Below, piece after piece: positions 31,176 to 40,653 of a DNA stretch of 64,000 nt (position 1 is the stretch's first letter; the number at the start of each line of letters is the position of its first letter). Position numbers and translations under genes: made by a program. This stretch comes from Candidatus Saccharimonadota bacterium (lineage in GTDB: Bacteria; Patescibacteriota; Saccharimonadia; CAILAD01; BJGX01). The notes beneath the pieces were generated by a model, which saw only the letters and a program-made list of their open reading frames with translations, was not told the DNA's origin and searched no databases. The stretch covers positions 24,187-88,186 of the forward strand of contig BJGX01000001.1 in the NCBI GenBank assembly GCA_014191035.1, written 5' to 3'.

Positions 31176-31914
31176 ATTTTTTGTAAGAATACAAAATTTC
31201 GTTTGTGTCACTTATCCAGGCTACAAGCGGCCTTCCAGGCTTGCCCGCTCCACAGTCCAGCATGACCCTGTTTTTTGAAACGAAAGGCTCATCTCTGGGT
31301 GAATGCCCGCTAACAACTGTTTTGCCTTCTTCATTATGAGTTTCCAGCTTAGCTAGTTCGAAAGAATAAATTTGTTCAATTTCATATTCGTAAGAATCAA
31401 GTAATGAATCAATTTCAATCTTTTGAAGTTCCCAATCTAAATTAGGCTTTATGCCGGCGTGAATCATGATTATGTTGTCAGATTCATAATATACTGGGAG
31501 ACTCAACAAAAAGTTTAAGTGTCCAAAGCTTTCCAGTGCTTCAACAAATTCCAAAAAGATTCGAAGATTGTTTTTGCGATACTTGCTGATTCCGTAGCTA
31601 AAAAGGGTATTTGATTCCATTTTTAGCCATTGGTAAATATATATGTCGCGATAAAACTCATCTTTTTGCTGGTAAGCAAGATAGGCACGTATCAAGACAT
31701 CTTCATGATTACCTCTTAGGAAAACGTGATTAAGCTTTTTTAGCTCTATACATTCATCCAGAAGCTGCTTAGTGCCTTCTCCGCGGTTTATGTAGTCGCC
31801 CAAAAAAACTAGCTTTCTGTCTTTAAGCAAATTTCTATCAAAGATTTGCTCAAGGAGGCCGTACAACAAGCTCACTTCGCCCTGTGTGTCAGGAATGACA
31901 ATAAAGGAACTCAT
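31174..31914 (-). CDS. PPP/PrpA-like Ser/Thr phosphatase-type metallophosphoesterase with altered metal ligands
   Basis: PDTQG (vs GDIHG), GDYINRG (vs GDYIDRG), RGNHE, HAG, GHSP, LDCGA. Confidence 0.8.
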   Translation of the reverse strand: MSSFIVIPDTQGEVSLLYGLLEQIFDRNLLKDRKLVFLGDYINRGEGTKQLLDECIELKKLNHVFLRGNHEDVLIRAYLAYQQKDEFYRDIYIYQWLKMESNTLFSYGISKYRKNNLRIFLEFVEALESFGHLNFLLSLPVYYESDNIIMIHAGIKPNLDWELQKIEIDSLLDSYEYEIEQIYSFELAKLETHNEEGKTVVSGHSPRDEPFVSKNRVMLDCGAGKPGRPLVAWISDTNEILYSYKK

Positions 31915-32082
31915 TCTTCCTCCTTTCGAGGAAAGACTGCCAGAGTATTTTATATATAAATAACTAATTATTCAATAACTAAAAAACACCCCTAAGCAGA
32001 GTGTTCTTTTTATGGAGGTCCATTGTCTTGTCTGTCGCAACTAAAATCAATAGGGGCGGACAATTATATATTGTAAAGTTGG

Positions 32083-32619
32083 CTAGTTATTCGTGACCAG
32101 GGTATTTAGCATCTTTTTGGCACGACCAGCAACTGATTTTCTATCACTTTTTGAAAACTTTTCTAACTTAGGAATAATCCATAGCCTCAGTTTTTCATCA
32201 TTTTTTGCCCAAGTTGATAGAGTTTCAATTGTCGTATTTTGAACAATCCAGTCGTCACTTTTTTCAAGATTAGTTTTTAATATTTCTTTTGCCTTTTCTA
32301 GCTGTGGCGTGGTCATTTCATCTTCTAGCCACAAGAATAATTGAGCCAGAGTCCATTGCGTAGATGCTTGGTTGATTTTTGAAATATCTTTTAGGAATTT
32401 ATCAATATATGAAACAAGCCAGTCAGGATGTTCTTTACAAATACGCTTCATCGCGTTTGATACTCGTAATCGAACCACTTCATCATCAGAGAAGTAACAT
32501 TGATATAGGTCATCTAGCTTCTTTCTGTCGGCTAGTATTTGATTTACAACTTCAACTGTGTTGCCAAGTGAATTTGGATGCCCACCAGTGAGCATTTCTT
32601 CAAATTTGTTTATTGCCAT
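32083..32619 (-). CDS. Helical-repeat (HEAT-like) hypothetical protein
   Basis: Repeated amphipathic helices (DEVVRLRVSNAM, DWIVQNTTIETL, KSVAGRAKK). Confidence 0.7.
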   Translation of the reverse strand: MAINKFEEMLTGGHPNSLGNTVEVVNQILADRKKLDDLYQCYFSDDEVVRLRVSNAMKRICKEHPDWLVSYIDKFLKDISKINQASTQWTLAQLFLWLEDEMTTPQLEKAKEILKTNLEKSDDWIVQNTTIETLSTWAKNDEKLRLWIIPKLEKFSKSDRKSVAGRAKKMLNTLVTNN

Positions 32620-32736
32620 GAATATATCCTATAATAATTCCACCAACCGTGTCTAGAACTAAAAAACAGATACAAATTAGTCGCAATGGAATAGAAGTGT
32701 TGTCATTGGAACTAACTGGTATCTGTTTAGGTATCT

Positions 32737-32746
32737 TTGGAGGGCC
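32737..32746 (-). repeat. att-like remnant of the tRNA-Lys 3' end
   Basis: TTGGAGGGCC identical to 32937-32946; weaker similarity continues. Confidence 0.5.
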
Positions 32747-32937
32747 AGCGGGGTCTTGCCCACATTCTGCGGGCCCAGAACTTTCATACTTGCAACAAGT
32801 GGCAAATCTGAAAGGTTCTCTTGCAAAATGCCACCGGCATTTCTCACCCCAAACACCCTTTTGGCGTGTCCGATATTCAAGGCCAGCAAATCTCTACCAA
32901 GAAAAAAGACCTATCTTTGTAGATAGATCTATTTTCT

Positions 32938-33014
32938 TGGAGGGCCCAGTGAGACTCGAACTCACGACACCCTGCTTAAAAGGCAGGTGCTCTAACCAAC
33001 TGAGCTATGGGCCC
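32938..33014 (-). tRNA. tRNA-Lys(TTT)
   Basis: Anticodon arm CCTGC-CTTTTAA-GCAGG, CCA. Confidence 0.96.
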
Positions 33015-33152
33015 TTAAGGCAAAATAACCAGATTATTATAAGGTTTTTTAGCTTAAAAATCAAGACTGAATGGTGATGCTCATCTTTTCAAAAACACTA
33101 ATAATTGGTAAAATAGATCGGTATTTTAATCTGTAAATTCGGAGATTTATAA

Positions 33153-33890
33153 ATGTCAGGACATTCTAAGTGGCACTCAATTAAACATAAAAAAGGCGCA
33201 GCTGATGCAAAACGCGGTAAGGTATTTACCAAAATGGCTGCCGAAATTGCCATCGCCGCACAAGACGGTGCTGATCCGGCAATGAACTTTAAATTGCGCC
33301 TGGCAATACAAAAGGCCAAGGCTGCTAACGTTCCGGCTGCAAATATTGAGCGCGCTATCGCCAAGGGTAGTGGGCAGGGCGGAGGCGCAAAGCTAGAAGA
33401 ACTATTATACGAAGGTTATGGCCCCGCCGGAGTTGCGATTATGGTTAAGGCCTTAAGCGACAACCGTAATCGAACTAGCCCTGAAGTTAAATCGACCTTT
33501 TCAAAGCATGGTGGAACTATGGGTGGCCAAGGGTCGGTGGCTTATTTATTCGAAAAGAAAGGTGTAATTATTTGTAAGCCCGAAGCCGATAAAGACGAAA
33601 TGAGCTTAATGGCAATCGAAGCCGGGGCCGACGATATCGATGATAGTGGCGAACAGTTAATAATTTATACTCAGCCTAATAAGCTTGAAGAAGTGCGAGA
33701 TGCTTTAGGCGAAGACAACGTTGAAAGTGCCGAAGTAAAACAAGAACCTAGCCAGACAATCGTGGTTGATGATGAAGGTAAGGCCAAGACTCTGCTGAAT
33801 TTGATGGAAGCGCTGGATGATTTGGATGATGTAGTTGAAGTTACAAGTAACTTTGATATCCCCGAAGAAATTTTAAATAAGCTTCAATGA
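33153..33890 (+). CDS. yebC: YebC/PmpR family protein
   Basis: MSGHSKWHSIKHKK, YEGYGP, DNRNRT. Confidence 0.96.
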   Translation: MSGHSKWHSIKHKKGAADAKRGKVFTKMAAEIAIAAQDGADPAMNFKLRLAIQKAKAANVPAANIERAIAKGSGQGGGAKLEELLYEGYGPAGVAIMVKALSDNRNRTSPEVKSTFSKHGGTMGGQGSVAYLFEKKGVIICKPEADKDEMSLMAIEAGADDIDDSGEQLIIYTQPNKLEEVRDALGEDNVESAEVKQEPSQTIVVDDEGKAKTLLNLMEALDDLDDVVEVTSNFDIPEEILNKLQ

Positions 33891-34354
33891 AAATATTGGG
33901 CATAGATCCAGGAACCGCCACAACTGGATTTGGATTGATAACTAAAGAAGGTCCAAAACTCACAAAAATTGACTGTGGCGTTATTTCTACATCAAAGGAT
34001 CTAGATATGCCAAAAAGACTAAGTATATTATTCAATGATCTTCAGGAAATAGTTCAGACGCACAAGCCTGATGTCATGTCGGTTGAGAAATTGTTTTTTA
34101 CCAACAACATCACCACCGCAATGACCGTGAGCCAGGCTAGGGGAATTGTGCTTCTAGTAGCATCACAAAATAATATTCCAATTGCCGAATATACTCCTTT
34201 GCAGGTTAAAATGTCAGCAACAGGTTACGGCAAGGCAACTAAAAAGCAAGTGCAGGAAATGGTTAAGAAGATATTGAAGCTAAGCGTAATTCCAAAGCCT
34301 GACGACGCTGCCGATGCGCTTGCAATTGCAATTTGCCATAGCAGTAATAATTGA
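33887..34354 (+). CDS. ruvC: Holliday junction resolvase RuvC
   Basis: ILGIDPG, VEKLFF, GYGKATKKQV, DDAADALAIA. Confidence 0.96.
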   Translation: MKILGIDPGTATTGFGLITKEGPKLTKIDCGVISTSKDLDMPKRLSILFNDLQEIVQTHKPDVMSVEKLFFTNNITTAMTVSQARGIVLLVASQNNIPIAEYTPLQVKMSATGYGKATKKQVQEMVKKILKLSVIPKPDDAADALAIAICHSSNN

Positions 34355-34386
34355 CATCTAAGCTCAAGAGGTATAATTTAGTATAA

Positions 34387-34836
34387 ATGTTTGAAGTATT
34401 TACAGGTCTATTTTTTTCATTCTTACCAATAGGTTTTTTGATTTTGCTGGTTTACACTATTGTTAAAGCCTCTAATAGCAATATAAATACCACTCTTGTG
34501 CGAGGAATAGTAATTACTTTAGTAGTATTATCTGCAATACCAACTGGCTTAATTACAGCTTATTATCTTCCAACTAATGTCTTAAACCTTGGTCCTGATG
34601 CTACTTTTGGAATGAGATTAACTATAGGCTCTGTAATGATAATCTCTGGAATATTTTTAAAGAACAAAACCCAAAAATATTTTTTATTGCTTTTAGGTTT
34701 AGCAATCGTAATTATGCAAATTCCTTACATTTGGAATGCTTATGGAACTGCAGGGGGACTGGTGACGGTTGCTCTGGCCTTTGCTGCATTAATAGGTGGA
34801 ACAATTTGGCTTACATTAAGGGGCAAGCATGAATAA
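34387..34836 (+). CDS. Membrane protein, unknown function
   Basis: About 5 TM segments; own TTGACA/TATAAT promoter. Confidence 0.65.
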   Translation: MFEVFTGLFFSFLPIGFLILLVYTIVKASNSNINTTLVRGIVITLVVLSAIPTGLITAYYLPTNVLNLGPDATFGMRLTIGSVMIISGIFLKNKTQKYFLLLLGLAIVIMQIPYIWNAYGTAGGLVTVALAFAALIGGTIWLTLRGKHE

Positions 34837-35395
34837 AACAGTAAAAGTTATTTTAGCTATCGCTATTGCAGTAATATATCCGATACTAGTGCTATTTATT
34901 GGCTTGGTTTTCTATCCTTCTAAAGATTATGAAGACTTAAGGGTTAAGTCACCATCGATTCCAAATTATATTAAGTGCGCCACGTATGGTAACGGCAGAT
35001 CTACCTACACAACTTATGATAAAGCTTGTCAAAAAAGAATTGATGAACAGTACGAAAGAGACACTAATCAGTACAAGAGTAATCTCGAAAGCTACAATAT
35101 GGTTAGGAAACAAGTAGTTATGAATAGGATACAAGTAGCTTTAGTAGCTGCAATACTAGGATTTGCCTTGGCTATGGTTGCCTATAAGTTTTCTCCTATC
35201 ACTGTGGGAATGGCAGGCGGCTCAACTGTATTGATACTGTTTTCTTCTTATTACTCTTTGTTATCCGGCCAGACAATGGGTTCCTTAGTAACTATTCTAT
35301 TTAGCATTTCATTTGTTATTTTAATAGCAATGCTCTTTTTTATTGATAAGGTTATGCCGCTACCCAAGGTCGAAAATTTCGTTCAGAAAAAATAG
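34829..35395 (+). CDS. Membrane protein with Cys-pair extracellular loop
   Basis: 1+3 TMs flanking a loop with two Cys. Confidence 0.65.
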   Translation: MNKTVKVILAIAIAVIYPILVLFIGLVFYPSKDYEDLRVKSPSIPNYIKCATYGNGRSTYTTYDKACQKRIDEQYERDTNQYKSNLESYNMVRKQVVMNRIQVALVAAILGFALAMVAYKFSPITVGMAGGSTVLILFSSYYSLLSGQTMGSLVTILFSISFVILIAMLFFIDKVMPLPKVENFVQKK

Positions 35396-35447
35396 TTAAT
35401 AAAGTTATTATTATTCTATACTCTTTAGTCCTGGTATAATCTATTAC

Positions 35448-36005
35448 ATGATTGCAAGAATAAAAGGTGTAATATCTGAAAAGCTCGATAGCTCTGTGGT
35501 GATTGAATTGAATGGCATAGGTTATGAGATATTCGTTCCTGCCAATACTTTGTTATCTGTAAACGAAGGAGATGAGGGCTTATTTTATATTGCTGAAAAT
35601 ATAAAAGAAGATGAATATAGCTTATTCGGGTTTCCGACTCGCAATGCTAGGCAAATTTACTATAAACTCACCAGCGTTAACGGTGTTGGCCCAAAAGCTG
35701 CAATGTCTATTCTTTCCGCACACTCTGCCGATGATGTCCAAAACGCAATATTGAGTGATGATGTTAATTTATTTAGTAGCGTTTCTGGAATTGGCAAAAA
35801 GACAGCTCAAAGAATTATTTTAGATTTAAAAGGTAAACTAGTTGAGGTAGAAAAGGTAGAAGCCGATGAAAGCGACCAAGCATACCAAGCTCTAATTAGT
35901 CTGGGCTATTCTGCTAAAGATGCGCAGGCAGTTTTAAAAGACATAGATTCGAACTTGAGTACTCAAGAAAGAATTAAGCTAGCGCTAAAAGGAGCTAAGA
36001 AATGA
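35448..36005 (+). CDS. ruvA: Holliday junction branch migration protein RuvA
   Basis: GIGYE, VNGVGPKAA, GIGKKTAQRIILDLK, ALISLGY. Confidence 0.95.
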   Translation: MIARIKGVISEKLDSSVVIELNGIGYEIFVPANTLLSVNEGDEGLFYIAENIKEDEYSLFGFPTRNARQIYYKLTSVNGVGPKAAMSILSAHSADDVQNAILSDDVNLFSSVSGIGKKTAQRIILDLKGKLVEVEKVEADESDQAYQALISLGYSAKDAQAVLKDIDSNLSTQERIKLALKGAKK

Positions 36006-37039
36006 TTGAACGCCAAGAAGAACTTATTGAGTCGGAAGTTCCAGAAGAAATTGCGCAAGAAGAAGTTTTTGAATTATCACTGCGTCCAAAATCATTTGAT
36101 CAATACATTGGTCAGGAACAAATTAAAAAAGCACTCAAAGTTGCTATTTCGGCAGCTCAAAAACGTAATGAATCGCTAGACCACATTTTGCTTTATGGCC
36201 CTCCAGGGCTTGGCAAAACTACCTTAGCCCACGTAATTGCAAATGAACTGAAAGGAAATTTAAAAGTTACCAGTGGGCCCGCGGTCGAAAGAGCGGCTGA
36301 CTTAGCCTCTATGCTCACCAGCTTAGAAGACGGAGACATTTTGTTTATTGATGAAATTCACCGTTTACCCCGAAGCGTGGAAGAAATATTGTATTCTGCG
36401 ATGGAAGATTACGTGATTGATATTGTTTTAGGCAAAGGACCATCTGCACAAAACCTGCGATTGGATTTACCCAAATTTACCTTGATTGGCGCAACCACAC
36501 GTTTTGGAGCTCTATCATCTCCATTAAGAGATAGATTTGGTATTGTTAACCGCCTGGACTACTACAAGGAAGATGAAATAGAAAAAATAATTAATAGATC
36601 TGCCAAACTATTGGAAATTAAGCTTCAAAAAAATGCGCTAGAGCAAATGTCTAAGAGATCTCGCTTGACTCCCCGAATTGCTAACAGGCTATTAAAGCGA
36701 GTGCGTGATTGGGCCCAGGTTCATGGGGACAACACAATAAACGACGAAGCGCTTAATGAAACCTTGTCTATCTTAGAAATCGACCAAAAAGGTCTAGATG
36801 CTTCAGATCGAAGAGTATTAGACGCAATAATTAATAAGTATAATGGCGGGCCAGTAGGAGTTAGTGCAATTGCTGCCGCAACAGGCGAGGAGCGTCAAAC
36901 TATAGAAGATGTATATGAGCCATTTTTAATACAGCTTGGTTTTTTGGAACGCACAAGCAGGGGAAGAAAGGTTACCGAGCGGGGCTACTTGCATTTAGGA
37001 GTCGAGCCACCCAAAGATATGCAATCAACTCTAGTTTGA
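36002..37039 (+). CDS. ruvB: Holliday junction helicase RuvB
   Basis: LRPKSF, GPPGLGKTT, FIDEIHR, YEPFLIQ. Confidence 0.97.
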   Translation: MIERQEELIESEVPEEIAQEEVFELSLRPKSFDQYIGQEQIKKALKVAISAAQKRNESLDHILLYGPPGLGKTTLAHVIANELKGNLKVTSGPAVERAADLASMLTSLEDGDILFIDEIHRLPRSVEEILYSAMEDYVIDIVLGKGPSAQNLRLDLPKFTLIGATTRFGALSSPLRDRFGIVNRLDYYKEDEIEKIINRSAKLLEIKLQKNALEQMSKRSRLTPRIANRLLKRVRDWAQVHGDNTINDEALNETLSILEIDQKGLDASDRRVLDAIINKYNGGPVGVSAIAAATGEERQTIEDVYEPFLIQLGFLERTSRGRKVTERGYLHLGVEPPKDMQSTLV

Positions 37040-37053
37040 TATAAAATAGAATT

Positions 37054-37590
37054 ATGGAAAATGATAACAACTATCCTGGCCAAGCGCACGAAGAGGTTAC
37101 CCAAAGGGTTGTTTATAAGCATGTTATGGCAATAGCTCCAATTCTTTTTGGAATGCTTCTGTTATCTATTTTTGCCGTTATAGCAATAATATACGTCAAT
37201 ACAAACCTAGCTTCTGTAGAGACTTTTATTCCTCCTATCTTTTTAACATTAATAGGTTTTGTTTTTATAGCAGTTATAGTAATGTTGACTGTGGGAACTT
37301 TTTGGATTTGGAGACGCAACAAAGTAGTTATAACCAACAAGCATGTAGTTGATGTTGATCAAATTGGGCTGTTTAACAGAGAGGTATCCACGCTTAGGCT
37401 AGAGGAAATTCAAGATGTATCTGCCAAGGTCAATGGTCCTCTCCAGACAATGTTGGGCTACGGGACATTAATAATCCAGACAGCAGGAGAAAGAGAAAAC
37501 TTTGTATTTGACTACGTGCCAGAGCCTTATAAATTAGAAAATTATATAATTGAACTTCGTAGTAAATATTACGGAAATAAATTTAGTTAG
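37054..37590 (+). CDS. Membrane protein with bacterial PH domain
   Basis: 2 TMs; VITNKHV, IQDVS, GYGTLIIQTAG. Confidence 0.8.
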   Translation: MENDNNYPGQAHEEVTQRVVYKHVMAIAPILFGMLLLSIFAVIAIIYVNTNLASVETFIPPIFLTLIGFVFIAVIVMLTVGTFWIWRRNKVVITNKHVVDVDQIGLFNREVSTLRLEEIQDVSAKVNGPLQTMLGYGTLIIQTAGERENFVFDYVPEPYKLENYIIELRSKYYGNKFS

Positions 37591-38014
37591 AACTTGTAAC
37601 TATATAAATACCTTTGGAGGGGTCACTTCCTAGGCTTTTGAGGTCTTTGTCATTTTTATTTTCTAATGTAGCCTGTAGCTCAAAGCTACCCGGAGTATTC
37701 CCTTGGGTTATATATATGTACTCTTTTTTGGTTGAAGGATCTTTTGGTACCTTTTTCATGAATGGAGTGGCGCCTGCCTCTAATTCGGAGAGCTTTGTGG
37801 GATAGCTACCCTTTTCAGAGTAGTAAGCTTCGAGCTGTGTTTTGATAGCCCTTAAATCACTTTTGCGGGTTGCATCTCGGGCTCTTGATGGGCCATTTAT
37901 AAGACCAGGAATTATTAGCACTGCAAAGAATCCAACGACAATAATTATTACAACTACGTCTAATATGGTGAAGCCAGATGGTCTATTTGCGAATCTTTGT
38001 CTAAGTGAAAACAT
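37583..38014 (-). CDS. GspG-like type IV prepilin/pseudopilin
   Basis: G|FTILDVVV cleavage motif; RARDATRKSDL...YYSEKGSYP. Confidence 0.85.
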   Translation of the reverse strand: MFSLRQRFANRPSGFTILDVVVIIIVVGFFAVLIIPGLINGPSRARDATRKSDLRAIKTQLEAYYSEKGSYPTKLSELEAGATPFMKKVPKDPSTKKEYIYITQGNTPGSFELQATLENKNDKDLKSLGSDPSKGIYIVTSSN

Positions 38015-38136
38015 TATGAAGCTATTGTATAACCCTTATGATTTATAGGTCAAGCCTGATATCGCACATGTTTGCATTTTTTAGCGCTGCTTTAAGACTT
38101 GGTTGCTAGTTGCCGCTGGAGTCGCTACTATTAGTT

Positions 38137-38619
38137 ATGGAATATATGATTACAGAACAGAAATTCAGTTACAATTCAGCAAGCTTAGATCGAAGTTTGG
38201 AACTCGGCAATAAGCTTGCCGGGCTAATCAAGCCACCATTATTAATTGAGATGGTGGGGGATTTGGGTGGCGGTAAAACTGCGCTTGTTAAGTCAATCGC
38301 TAAAGGTTTAGGGATAGAGCAGACCGTAACTAGCCCTACATTTAATATTCACAGAGGTTATGAATCACCCAATGGAATAAGATTGGAGCATTTCGATTTA
38401 TACCGATTAAATGATGATGAAATTGTCGCCAATGAACTCAAAGATTGTTTGGAAGATCCAAAAACGATAGTGTGCACCGAATGGGCTAATCATTTTAGTA
38501 GTCATTTGGCTGAAGATAGGCTGACTGTGGAGTGTCATTATATAAGCGAAAACGAGCGAAGGTACGATTTTAAATCGACTGGACCCAAATCGAGTAAAAT
38601 TATAGAAGGATTAAAATAA
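38137..38619 (+). CDS. tsaE: t6A biosynthesis ATPase TsaE
   Basis: GDLGGGKT, VTSPTF, HFDLYRL, EWA; ATG 38137 preferred over TTG 38110. Confidence 0.93.
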   Translation: MEYMITEQKFSYNSASLDRSLELGNKLAGLIKPPLLIEMVGDLGGGKTALVKSIAKGLGIEQTVTSPTFNIHRGYESPNGIRLEHFDLYRLNDDEIVANELKDCLEDPKTIVCTEWANHFSSHLAEDRLTVECHYISENERRYDFKSTGPKSSKIIEGLK

Positions 38620-39011
38620 TGATATTAGCAATAAGAACTGACAAGCCAGAGGCCGAATTGTATTTAATAAATAACGGCAAATTTGCATCTGAAATTAAGT
38701 GGGAAGCTCACCGCGAGCTAGCCGATACGCTACTAATGAAAATTAAAGAACTCCTCGAATCAAAAAATATTACCAATAATGATGTCAAGGGTATTATTAT
38801 GCACACTGGCGAGGGTTCGTTTACTGGCCTTAGGATCGGCACGACTGTTGCCAATGCGATGGCCTATAGTTTGAGTATTCCAATTGTTGCAGCTAAAGGT
38901 GGTGAATGGATAAGGTCTGGTCTAGAAGCGATTGAAAGTGCAAAAGTCGGTGACTTAGTAGTGCCAGAATACAACGCTGAGCCAAATATCACCAAGCCAA
39001 AAGGCTCTTAA
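38619..39011 (+). CDS. tsaB: t6A biosynthesis protein TsaB, minimal form
   Basis: MILAIRT, GEGSFTGLRIG, ANAMAY; only 130 aa. Confidence 0.88.
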   Translation: MILAIRTDKPEAELYLINNGKFASEIKWEAHRELADTLLMKIKELLESKNITNNDVKGIIMHTGEGSFTGLRIGTTVANAMAYSLSIPIVAAKGGEWIRSGLEAIESAKVGDLVVPEYNAEPNITKPKGS

Positions 39012-39135
39012 GCTTGTTAATATTACAAAATAATTGTTAAATAGTATTAGACATTAGTCGATTTGAATTTAATTTTTGATAACCGGTTTTTACTTTAATA
39101 CAGGTGAAAACAACTACTTAGAAAGGTAGGTGTTT

Positions 39136-40653
39136 ATGGAAATAGTATTTGCAATCCTTGCCCTTGCAGTTGGTGGGGGTGTTGGCTATGGTGCCAATTC
39201 TTACATTTCAAAACAAAAAGCAACAGATGCCGACAAAAAAGCCAAAAAATTATTAGATGATGCCAAAGAAGAATCTAAGAAAAAAATATTAGAAGCTAAA
39301 GAAGAGGCAATTAAAATTGCCGATGAAGCCAAAAAAGAAGAACGGGAAAGGCGTAATAAATTAGATGCTTCCGAAAAGCGTGTGGCTGATCGAGAAACCT
39401 TATTAGATAATAAGCTTGATCAAATCGAAAAGCGCACCGAAGCCCTAAATCGATCCGAAAAAGAAATCGAAGCTATTAAAGAAGAGATTCGAGCAATTCG
39501 AACTCGCCAAGAAGACAACCTAGAAAAGATTGCAAAGCTTAAAAAAGAAGACGCTCAAAAGAAGCTTATGGAAATGACAGAGCGCGATATTAAAAACGAC
39601 TTAGTTGAGTATGTTGAAAAACGAAAGCGTGAGGCTAATGAAAACGCTGATGAAATTGCCAAAGATATTATGACTCAAGCCATGGAACGCTTGGCTACAG
39701 GCACTGCCACTGAGCGAACAATTAGCACTGTCACAATTCCAAACGATGGGGATAAGGGAAAGATTATCGGAAAAGAAGGCCGAAACATCCAGACACTCGA
39801 ACGCCTTACTGGTGTTGAAGTTATTATCGACGAAAGTCCTGGTGTAATTACAATTTCTGGCTTTAATCCGATTCGCCGGCAAGTTGCTAAGCGCGCCTTG
39901 GAAGAATTAATTAAAGACGGGCGTATCCATCCGGCCAAAATCGAAGAGCAAGTTGCCAAAGCCAAAAAAGAAATCGATGAAGAAGTTAAGCGAGCCGGGG
40001 AACAGGCTGCGCGTGAAGCTAAGGTTCTTGGGTTGCCACCAGAAATTTCAAAAACTATGGGCATGCTAAAGTTCCGTACTAGCTACAGCCAGAACGTACT
40101 TCACCACTCTGTCGAAATGGCCCACTTAGCCGCGATGATTGCCGATGAAATCGGTGCCGATGTTCAAGTATCAAGAACTGCAGCGTTCTTACATGATTTG
40201 GGTAAGGCAGTCAGCCATGAAATAGAAGGCAAGCATCATCATATTACTGGGGATATGATGCGCAAGGCTGGATTCGATGAAGCTACCACTCATGCTGCAG
40301 AAGCACACCACGATGATATTGAGGCTACTACGCCAGAAGCTTTAATAGTGCGTGTAGTAGACGCCCTAAGTGGTGGTCGCCCAGGAGCCCGCGGGGATAC
40401 ATTAGAAAATTATGTTAAGCGTATGACGGATCTTGAGAATGTAGCTAATGCATTTAGTGGAATCGAAAAGAGCTACGCCATTAGTGCAGGTCGCGAAATT
40501 CGAGTATTCGTTAAGCCAGAAGAAATTGATGATCTTACCGCCATTAAGCTGGCTCGTGATGTTGCCACAAAGATTGAGGCATCTCTAAAATATCCTGGGA
40601 CAATTAAAGTTAATGTTATTCGTGAAACTAGAGCCGAGGAGTACGCTAAATAG
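39136..40653 (+). CDS. rny: Ribonuclease Y
   Basis: TM, coiled coil, KH (IIGKEGRNI), HD domain (HDLGKA), SAGREIRV; ATG 39136 or GTG 39130. Confidence 0.96.
   Translation: MEIVFAILALAVGGGVGYGANSYISKQKATDADKKAKKLLDDAKEESKKKILEAKEEAIKIADEAKKEERERRNKLDASEKRVADRETLLDNKLDQIEKRTEALNRSEKEIEAIKEEIRAIRTRQEDNLEKIAKLKKEDAQKKLMEMTERDIKNDLVEYVEKRKREANENADEIAKDIMTQAMERLATGTATERTISTVTIPNDGDKGKIIGKEGRNIQTLERLTGVEVIIDESPGVITISGFNPIRRQVAKRALEELIKDGRIHPAKIEEQVAKAKKEIDEEVKRAGEQAAREAKVLGLPPEISKTMGMLKFRTSYSQNVLHHSVEMAHLAAMIADEIGADVQVSRTAAFLHDLGKAVSHEIEGKHHHITGDMMRKAGFDEATTHAAEAHHDDIEATTPEALIVRVVDALSGGRPGARGDTLENYVKRMTDLENVANAFSGIEKSYAISAGREIRVFVKPEEIDDLTAIKLARDVATKIEASLKYPGTIKVNVIRETRAEEYAK

Noticed and set aside
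32649-33077. 142-aa plus-strand ORF
   Set aside because: It runs antisense through tRNA-Lys and the att scar; the EGPVRLELTT..SNQLSYGP segment is just reverse-translated tRNA.
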